A stretch of 20,770 nucleotides of DNA from Candidatus Heimdallarchaeota archaeon. Lineage in GTDB: Archaea > Asgardarchaeota > Heimdallarchaeia > Heimdallarchaeales > Heimdallarchaeaceae. Within the stretch, counting starts at the first letter, position 1; each line of letters begins with the position of its first letter. The translations under genes were made by a program, and so were the position numbers. Shown here one piece after another: positions 14,765 through 20,770 of this stretch. The stretch is from the NCBI GenBank assembly GCA_030668875.1, contig DAOVER010000048.1, forward strand, positions 1-20,770. Direction: 5' to 3'. The notes under the pieces were generated by a model. The model made no database searches. It was not told the DNA's origin and saw nothing but the letters and a program-made list of their open reading frames with translations.

Positions 14765-15922
14765 TCACCAATACCAAACTCGACACTTAACTAGTAGACC
14801 TCGCATATTCATTGTATATGTTTCAGAGATGTAAGTCTGTTGATTGAGATCGGAATATGGTCCGTAAATTCCTCCATCAGACTGTCTTAAAAACATAGGA
14901 ACGCCAAGATATCCTGCCCTATATTCTATATTTTCTCGTTCATGTACAACAACTACTGACAAACCATTAGCAGGCATAGCTACTTGCTCACCAAAATAAA
15001 TTTCTCCTTCAACGCTACCAATTTGTTGAAGATCATGAATAAAGTAGGAAACACTAGGATCTTCAAATGGAAAAACAACTATAGCTTTGGCGACATCACT
15101 CAAAGGAGCTCTAGTAACACTTACATCAACTGCACTATAATCTACATCAGTATTCTCTCTTACAAAGGGAGTATAGTCCATCGTTATTTCCGAATACTCT
15201 AATCCTCCTCCTTTGTATAATCTCATAACAGTATAATCTTGATAAACTTCTCCAACCTCAGCAAAAACCACGATTGTATAATAGTCACTCATTGTTGTCG
15301 AAAATGAAGAGTGATAGCTGATGGAACCAGAGATATTTTGTGTTGTTGTAGAGTTTATTGCAACTGAACCATCGGCATCGATAACAAATGCCCAGATTTT
15401 TGCGTCGTCTATACTAGTCTGGAATTCCTTAACGGAGCCATAAAGATTTATGTTGCCTAAGGAAGCTGTATATGCATCAATTGATACACGAATTGGTGAG
15501 CTAATTTCAATGGCAAAATCGTTAAGTAGTCCATAGGACGTTTTAACATTAATATAATTTAAACTCCAATAGCTAGTTATGCCAGAAACTAATCTGTTGA
15601 CTTTTGTGAAATCAAGTGAATGTTGATTATTCATTAAGCCTAAGCGGAAATCAGTCATTGAGGCTGTTCCAATCTGACCCCAATTGGAGGGAGATCCCTC
15701 TGTAAGAAAGACATTGTGATATAACCTGCTCAAATCCTGTTCCTTTGAATAAGTTTCCATTTGAATAAGTGAAGGAATCAGTAGATTTGTTAGTACTAAT
15801 ACAACTTGACTAAATGCTATAATAAAAATTAGCATAGCTAAAGCAAAATCAACTCCTCTAACTTGAGCAAGTTTACTCTTTCTGATTCGCTTCAGACTAC
15901 GCTTCAGACTAGATTTTGTCAA
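14765..15922 (-). CDS. Large pilin-like/adhesin-like protein with class III-like signal peptide (Gln +1, Asp +6)
   Basis: TTG start with SD AGGAG; MTKSSLKRSLKRIRKSKLA|QVRGVDFALAMLIFIIAFSQVVLVL, followed by EGSPSNW..FRLGL and a beta-rich extracellular part. Confidence 0.68.
   Translation of the reverse strand: MTKSSLKRSLKRIRKSKLAQVRGVDFALAMLIFIIAFSQVVLVLTNLLIPSLIQMETYSKEQDLSRLYHNVFLTEGSPSNWGQIGTASMTDFRLGLMNNQHSLDFTKVNRLVSGITSYWSLNYINVKTSYGLLNDFAIEISSPIRVSIDAYTASLGNINLYGSVKEFQTSIDDAKIWAFVIDADGSVAINSTTTQNISGSISYHSSFSTTMSDYYTIVVFAEVGEVYQDYTVMRLYKGGGLEYSEITMDYTPFVRENTDVDYSAVDVSVTRAPLSDVAKAIVVFPFEDPSVSYFIHDLQQIGSVEGEIYFGEQVAMPANGLSVVVVHERENIEYRAGYLGVPMFLRQSDGGIYGPYSDLNQQTYISETYTMNMRGLLVKCRVWYW
15888..15911. 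repeat. Perfect 12-bp tandem duplication (CGCTTCAGACTA x2)
   Basis: Read directly; encodes SLKR-SLKR in the leader of the 385-aa pilin-like protein. Confidence 0.85.
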
Positions 15923-15925
15923 TTT

Positions 15926-16357
15926 TTATTCTCCTTTTTCTTCTGATTCATCACCCAATATACGTTCTTCTAGTAGTGATTTTATCTCGGCAAGAGTGGC
16001 TTCTAGTTCCACTAGTTCCATACCTTTTTCTAGAAGATTATTGGCTCTTTCTTGCATATTTTCAGCGTTTTTAATCTTTTCAGAAACAAGATTTTCAACT
16101 TGTTCCTTGAGACCCGCTAAATCTGTTTTTGTGCTCATCATTGATTCTATTCGCTCAATTTTGTCCTCCAAAGGACCCAGATCAACAGAAACTGAACCAA
16201 CAGATCCTTTAGAAGAAGTACCGTCAGAGCTTGGTCTACCAGTTTTATCTAGGGTACCCATCATTCTTACAATATTAAAACTGATTTGATTAACAACTCG
16301 TTTAACTTCCCCTATTTCATCTTTTAGAGATTTGACATCATCTTCTAATTTAGGCAT
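15926..16357 (-). CDS. Uncharacterised soluble coiled-coil protein
   Basis: SD GGTGA; heptad-like segments LEDDVKSLKDEIGEVKRVV and LKEQVENLV...LEATLAEIKSLLEE separated by a Ser/Gly linker; no TM segment. Confidence 0.8.
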   Translation of the reverse strand: MPKLEDDVKSLKDEIGEVKRVVNQISFNIVRMMGTLDKTGRPSSDGTSSKGSVGSVSVDLGPLEDKIERIESMMSTKTDLAGLKEQVENLVSEKIKNAENMQERANNLLEKGMELVELEATLAEIKSLLEERILGDESEEKGE

Positions 16358-16373
16358 ATGGTTTCACCTTTTA

Positions 16374-17303
16374 TTATACATTTATAGCGATTAACGGATT
16401 GTCTGGTTGAATAAGTATTTTAAAAGCAAACCAACCAATAAACATCATTACAACAGAGTGCATTAATCCGGCTTTTATGGACATTTTTGACATCTTTCCT
16501 GCTACGAGACCTGAGAAAAAGCCTTGGACAGCAAGCATGTGTAGAAATAATATCTCCAACGTGTCTAAATCTATCTCCATTAAAAACATACCAGCTGTTT
16601 GATCTGCTGAGATATTTGCTGAACCAAATGGAATAAAGAATGTTATGAACAAGATTACAACAACCATGATGAATATTACATAGGAAGCATAGACTATCCA
16701 AACATAAGGCTTCATTGCCCCCTCTCTTTCTTTCTTAAGATTAAGAAGGGTTTGAATATGATGCTCAGTTGCTTCAAAAATCTCTTCGAGATTTCCTCCT
16801 GACCTTTCCGCTTCAAGAATAAGTATAGTTGCCCTTTGAGCCAAAGGAGTATCAACTGCAGACTGAAAATCTTCCATTGCTTTGTTGAATGGTATTCCCC
16901 AAGTGATTTTACTTGACATTTTTCTTAGTTCAGGAGTTAATGGTCCATAATGCCTTTTAGCAGATTCTTGTATTGCTCTTGGTAAACTCATACCTGTTCG
17001 TTGTGCATTACTAATCTCTCGAAGGAGATAAGGTAAATTTTCATCTATTCTTGATTGTCTTCTTTCTTCTCTTAAAACTATTAGAAATGTGGGAATGCCT
17101 ATAACAACGATTATTGCCAGGATAACAAAATCATTGATATCTAGAATTGTTATGAAGTCTCCACCGCTACTTGTTGCAATAACATCTACCAATCCGAGAG
17201 TTACTAAAATTACTCCGGAAATGATAGCTATCGCCCAGTAAATCACATCTTGAGTAATTTGAAACTGTTTTGTTTCTACTTCTACTTCTTCGCCTACTGA
17301 CAT
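16374..17303 (-). CDS. Type II secretion system F family platform protein (TadB/TadC/FlaJ-like)
   Basis: Likely start ATG 17303 (SD GGTGA; the track starts at GTG 17312); IDENLPYLLREISNAQRTGMSLPRAI...YGPLTPELRK...ITWGIPF..AM...ERSGGNL; several TM helices. Confidence 0.88.
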   Translation of the reverse strand: MSVGEEVEVETKQFQITQDVIYWAIAIISGVILVTLGLVDVIATSSGGDFITILDINDFVILAIIVVIGIPTFLIVLREERRQSRIDENLPYLLREISNAQRTGMSLPRAIQESAKRHYGPLTPELRKMSSKITWGIPFNKAMEDFQSAVDTPLAQRATILILEAERSGGNLEEIFEATEHHIQTLLNLKKEREGAMKPYVWIVYASYVIFIMVVVILFITFFIPFGSANISADQTAGMFLMEIDLDTLEILFLHMLAVQGFFSGLVAGKMSKMSIKAGLMHSVVMMFIGWFAFKILIQPDNPLIAINV

Positions 17304-17312
17304 CTCATTCAC

Positions 17313-18179
17313 CTACATTTCTGGTTGTTGTGCGTCTATTAGCACAATAATTGCCAATTCTGAAATTGGAATAATTATATAAACTAAAACTGCCATCATT
17401 ATTGTGGAATTCTCAGCTCCAGCTCCTCCAAGCATTGACATCATAGCTAAAATAACTATAAAAAATATTGGAGACACTACACCTAGAACCATAAACAATT
17501 CAGCCATGATTCCTAGGGTTTCAATGAAATTCTTTTCTCTTTGGACTTTATCCTCCAATAGTGTTTCAGTGGATACTTCAAGAAATCTTTGAAGTTCTCC
17601 TCCTGAAGTAAAGGTTCCAATTATTCCTTCAAGAAAACTTGAATATTTGGGAGATGGAGATCTAAGAGAGGCTTGACTTAATGCAAGAACAATATCATAA
17701 CCAAAAACTTGAATATCTCTGGAAATTTTCTTTGCATCCTTAACAATAGCTTCGCCTATTTTTTCCTTCGTTAAAGAAAGAAAGATCCTATCTGGTGTAA
17801 CTCCAGCTGATGCCATTGCAGTCATATAACTTGATGCGGTTGGTAAGGCTGCTTCTAACTTGGTTTTTCTTACACCTACTAGATAACTAGGATAAACCCA
17901 ACTATACACAAACATACTCGTTAGAACTAAAATAGGTAATATTATTACTAGTATTATTGAGAAATTCTCAACTACGATATAAATAGCAATAAGAGATATC
18001 AATGATACAACAGCCAAAATTATTGCCCAAAAGATTCTTACGCTCAGGTACATTCTTACACTTTTATCTATCCCGGCTTTTCTTAAAGTCAGTTTGAGAC
18101 CTTCAAATTCAGCTAAATAAGGTTCAACTAATCTACCAATATACGAATAAGCAATTGATTCAATAATTCTTGAACTCAT
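17313..18179 (-). CDS. Type II secretion system F family platform protein (TadB/TadC/FlaJ-like)
   Basis: SD GGTGA; LRKAGI..LPTASSYMTAMASAGVTPDRIF...FGYDIVLAL...SPSPKYSSFLEGIIGTFTSGGEL..FL; TM helices at both ends. Confidence 0.88.
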   Translation of the reverse strand: MSSRIIESIAYSYIGRLVEPYLAEFEGLKLTLRKAGIDKSVRMYLSVRIFWAIILAVVSLISLIAIYIVVENFSIILVIILPILVLTSMFVYSWVYPSYLVGVRKTKLEAALPTASSYMTAMASAGVTPDRIFLSLTKEKIGEAIVKDAKKISRDIQVFGYDIVLALSQASLRSPSPKYSSFLEGIIGTFTSGGELQRFLEVSTETLLEDKVQREKNFIETLGIMAELFMVLGVVSPIFFIVILAMMSMLGGAGAENSTIMMAVLVYIIIPISELAIIVLIDAQQPEM

Positions 18180-18443
18180 AATATTATCACCTAATGTGAA
18201 TCTTAAGACTATGTCCTACAAACTATATTGTAGAATGAGTATTTAACGTTTGCTCGTAAGCACTTTTGTGAACTAATATAAGAAAGTTCTTTTAATAGCA
18301 CATCTAGTTAATAGCATGTTTTTCTAAGGATACTGATTCTCGTTAGAAAAGGAATAAAATACAAGCATTCTTTAAGTAATAATGTTCCAAATATATACAG
18401 ATTTTGAGCAAATTTAGAAAATCCTCTTGAAGCTATCACCAAG

Positions 18444-18450
18444 TATAAAA
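18444..18450 (+). promoter_or_regulatory. Candidate TATA box for the gelsolin-domain gene
   Basis: TATAAAA 25-31 nt upstream of ATG 18475; no SD, consistent with a near-leaderless transcript. Confidence 0.3.
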
Positions 18451-18474
18451 ATGAGATGCAGTTAGTCTTCTTGT

Positions 18475-19185
18475 ATGAGTCTTTATATTATACAATCCTC
18501 AGGAGAGTTAACTGAATGCTATAACAAGGAAGTAGCAATAAAATCCGAAAACGTTTTGTTAGTAATCTCTCACATGCAAAAGAAAATTTACACATGGATA
18601 GGGGGACAAGCATCACCACATTCAAAATTTGCTTGTGCAAGGGAAACTGCAAGAATTCGAATGGAACTTGGTTACAAAATTGTTAACTTAGAAGAATCAT
18701 ATACAACCGATGAATTTACTAAAGCAGTAGATGAGGCTTGCAACGTTAATTCTAAGGATATGCCTTCACCAAAACCAAAACCTTTGGCAGTCAAACCTCT
18801 AGAAATCAAAAAACCTGCCCCAAAACCAACATTGAAATCCGCAGCTAAACCAAAGCCAAAGCCAAAGCCAAAACAAAAAACTGGAACTAAAAAAGAAGTA
18901 ATCACTACAACTGAACGCAGATATAGCTCTACTATTGATACAAAAGTCATAGATGTAGAACATGTCATAAAGCAACTGAAAATACTTCCACCTATGAGTA
19001 ACAGCATAAGAGACTATATTATCATAGATGATTCTCTTTACATTGCTCCTGAAAATCTTGAGAAACCTGGAACTGAATCTAAAGTTTCATTACAAGATGG
19101 ATCATTTGTTGCAGATAATTATGTTCCAAGATTATTTTTAGAAAATGGTAAAATAATTGCAATTGAATTGTGGAGATCTGTTTAA
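18475..19185 (+). CDS. Asgard-type gelsolin-domain protein (single gelsolin domain + Pro/Lys linker + C-terminal X domain; 1DGelX-like)
   Basis: aa about 1-88: LYII..GEL....VLLVISHMQKKIYTWIGGQAS..KFACAR.....EESYTTDEF resembles a gelsolin repeat. aa 97-135 contain 12 Pro and 13 Lys. The C-terminal RDYIII...GSFVADNYVPRLFLENGKIIAIELW resembles the tail I recall from Asgard gelsolins. Confidence 0.75.
   Translation: MSLYIIQSSGELTECYNKEVAIKSENVLLVISHMQKKIYTWIGGQASPHSKFACARETARIRMELGYKIVNLEESYTTDEFTKAVDEACNVNSKDMPSPKPKPLAVKPLEIKKPAPKPTLKSAAKPKPKPKPKQKTGTKKEVITTTERRYSSTIDTKVIDVEHVIKQLKILPPMSNSIRDYIIIDDSLYIAPENLEKPGTESKVSLQDGSFVADNYVPRLFLENGKIIAIELWRSV
18850..18873 (+). repeat. Hexamer tandem repeat (CCAAAG)3 CCAAAA encoding PKPKPKPK
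   Basis: Read directly within the gelsolin linker. Confidence 0.85.
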
Positions 19186-19715
19186 TATCCCATCTTTTCC
19201 ATAACTTTTTTGGCAATGATAGTATAGATATCGTCAACTCCTTCGCCAAATTTGGCTGAAGATTCAAGAACCATGTAACCCTTTTCTTCCCATTTTTCAA
19301 TGGCTTCTTTAATCTCTACAGAACGTTCTTCTTCTAAATCAGTTTTGTTGCCAACAATAATAATGGGGATTTCCGGACATTTTTCTTCAACTTCATTAAT
19401 CCAGTTACTTATATGGTCAAATGATTCCTTTCTTGTTATATCATAAACGATAACAGCACCATGAGCACCTGTGTAATAACGTTTTCTTAAAGTGGCTAAT
19501 TTATCTTGACCAACTGTATCAAAAAGAACTATTCTAAGTATGGTATCCTCATCATATTGAATGTTCTTACTATAGAAATCAACTCCAAGCGTTGGAAGAT
19601 AAGATGAAGAGAAGCGGTTCTGGGTATAACGTACTGCTAAGCTAGTTTTCCCTACTGCATAATCCCCAGCATTAATGATTTTGATGATGTAAGTAACGTT
19701 AGGTGATAAGCTCAT
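19182..19715 (-). CDS. Rab-like small GTPase (Ras superfamily)
   Basis: G1 GDYAVGKT, G2 YLPTLGVDF, G3 DTVGQ, G4 NKTD, G5 SSAK; RabF-like LGVDF, YYTGA and IVYDIT; no C-terminal Cys. Confidence 0.92.
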   Translation of the reverse strand: MSLSPNVTYIIKIINAGDYAVGKTSLAVRYTQNRFSSSYLPTLGVDFYSKNIQYDEDTILRIVLFDTVGQDKLATLRKRYYTGAHGAVIVYDITRKESFDHISNWINEVEEKCPEIPIIIVGNKTDLEEERSVEIKEAIEKWEEKGYMVLESSAKFGEGVDDIYTIIAKKVMEKMGY

Positions 19716-19831
19716 TATAATAAAGAACTTTGAGGTGTATTTGAGTATTTTCTTAGTCTCAAAGAATTAAGAAAAAACAAAAAACTCCATCAAAGAGTTT
19801 GCTTAAGATTTTTAAATGGTTTTTCGAGATA

Positions 19832-20554
19832 ATGTCAGAGATAATGAAACCTTCAAATGAAAGTTATTCCCACTTAACTGTAATAATCCCTACCTTAAAC
19901 GAAGAGAAGACTATCTCGCTATTACTAGAAAAGATAGAGGAAATCACCCCCCATGCAAATGTAATAGTAGCTGATGATGGTTCAGAAGATAAAACAAAGA
20001 AATTAGTAGAGGGTTTTGAGGGAAACATAAGTGTAAAGTTTCTTGATAGAAAATCTGCGCTAATTCATGGATTAACGATAAGTGTCTTAGATGCAATAAT
20101 GGATTGTAAAACTAATTACTTTCTTGTAATGGATGGAGATTTACAACATCCTGCAGAATCACTACCACGATTTTACAAAAAACTAGAAGAAGGGTTTAAT
20201 CTAGTTGCAGGAAATAGAGTGGAAGTGATTGGAAAATGGCCAATTCATCGAAAACTTATGTCTTATGTTGCTAGAGGGTTAGGCAGTTTTTCTTTAATGA
20301 TCAGAAGGAGAAATAGAGTAAAAGATATAATGTCAGGCCTATTTGCTTCAGAAACTAATATCTGGAAACAAACTATCTCCAGCCATAGAAAAGATTTCAT
20401 TTTGGAAGGATACAAGGTTCTATTCGACTTTTTGAAAATACACAAAACCAAACTAGAGGTAAGTCATGTTAATTACGTGTTTGGAACAAGAAATTTTGGT
20501 GAATCAAAAATTAACAAAAAGGTCATCTGGAAATTTTTCAAGTCGTTATTCTGA
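19832..20554 (+). CDS. Glycosyltransferase family 2, polyprenol/dolichol-phosphate mannose synthase (DPM1)-like, soluble
   Basis: LTVIIPTLNEE, VADDGSEDKT, VMDGDLQHP, KDIMSGLFA, YKVLFDF, FGTRNFGESK. The start is ATG 19832 or 19844; the TTG at 19799 used in the track overlaps a TTTTAAAT TATA-like element. Confidence 0.88.
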   Translation: MSEIMKPSNESYSHLTVIIPTLNEEKTISLLLEKIEEITPHANVIVADDGSEDKTKKLVEGFEGNISVKFLDRKSALIHGLTISVLDAIMDCKTNYFLVMDGDLQHPAESLPRFYKKLEEGFNLVAGNRVEVIGKWPIHRKLMSYVARGLGSFSLMIRRRNRVKDIMSGLFASETNIWKQTISSHRKDFILEGYKVLFDFLKIHKTKLEVSHVNYVFGTRNFGESKINKKVIWKFFKSLF

Positions 20555-20590
20555 AATATGCTCATGGTTTTTTATGGCATTTATAATATG

Positions 20591-20608
20591 TTTTTGTCTT
20601 TTTGTCTT
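20591..20608 (+). terminator. T-rich terminator candidate after the GT2 gene
   Basis: TTTTTGTC x2 tandem oligo-T tract about 37 nt after the stop. Confidence 0.3.
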
Positions 20609-20770
20609 ATTAGGGTGTAAATCTAGTAGCATTTTAGTGATAGTACGGGTGTTTTTATAGTGAACTCTGGGTTAACTATGGATGGCAAAGGTATTGCGTG
20701 CAGAGCGTATAGAAGTGGAGTATCATCCAGCACTGAGTAGAATTTGTCATCAAGCAAAAAATCTCTATAA

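Noticed and set aside
9851-18179. Calling the locus an archaellum (flaI/flaJ)
   Set aside because: There is no ArlH, ArlF/G or archaellin-type gene, and the platform is two separate F-family genes. The ATPase family alone does not discriminate.
977-20660. Short track ORFs overlapping real genes (e.g. 977-1321, 1322-1558, 5024-5299, 6734-6934, 7013-7790, 8558-8803, 9146-9469, 10654-10887, 12407-12613, 12914-13141, 14643-15202, 15996-16701, 17404-17592, 18672-19300, 20263-20660)
   Set aside because: They are antisense or alternative-frame shadows of well-supported genes, with low-complexity Ser/Leu/Phe-rich translations and no recognisable motif.
20624-20764. Minus-strand open stretch (RFLLDDKF...LKCY) and the plus-strand MDGKGIAC... 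mini-ORF
   Set aside because: The first is bounded by TAGs and has no ATG/SD and no recognisable motif. The second is only 20 codons.
1-20770. CRISPR arrays, tRNA/rRNA genes, IS/transposase or prophage genes
   Set aside because: I saw no regularly spaced repeats, cloverleaf or T-loop motifs, rRNA signatures, terminal inverted repeats or viral hallmark genes.

Overview
AT-rich archaeal chromosomal window, very probably from an Asgard archaeon. That placement is inferred from a gelsolin-domain protein, a Rab-like small GTPase, GGTGA/GGAG ribosome-binding sites and TATA-like promoters. From left to right: (i) three minus-strand genes, a PLP-dependent class I/II aminotransferase (cut by the left edge), a DUF354/GT-B-like protein and a class II (B12-dependent) ribonucleotide reductase. 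The reductase precursor is 2383 aa, carries four inteins (three LAGLIDADG, one HNH) and would splice to about 721 aa. The third intein is followed by Arg instead of the Cys/Ser/Thr nucleophile that splicing requires. (ii) A non-archaellum type IV pilus-like locus in two convergent halves: 2 pilin-like genes plus an assembly ATPase on +, and 2 T2SS-F/TadBC-like platform genes, an orphan coiled-coil gene and 3 Gln(+1) pilin-like genes on -. An hsp20 gene lies between the halves. (iii) A gelsolin + Pro/Lys linker + X-domain gene converging, with overlapping stop codons, on a Rab-like GTPase, followed by a DPM1-like GT2 glycosyltransferase. The window ends in about 215 bp without a supportable ORF, which includes a GC-enriched, possibly structured segment. 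I saw no rRNA, tRNA, CRISPR array or IS element. All family calls come from motifs read by eye; no searches were run.
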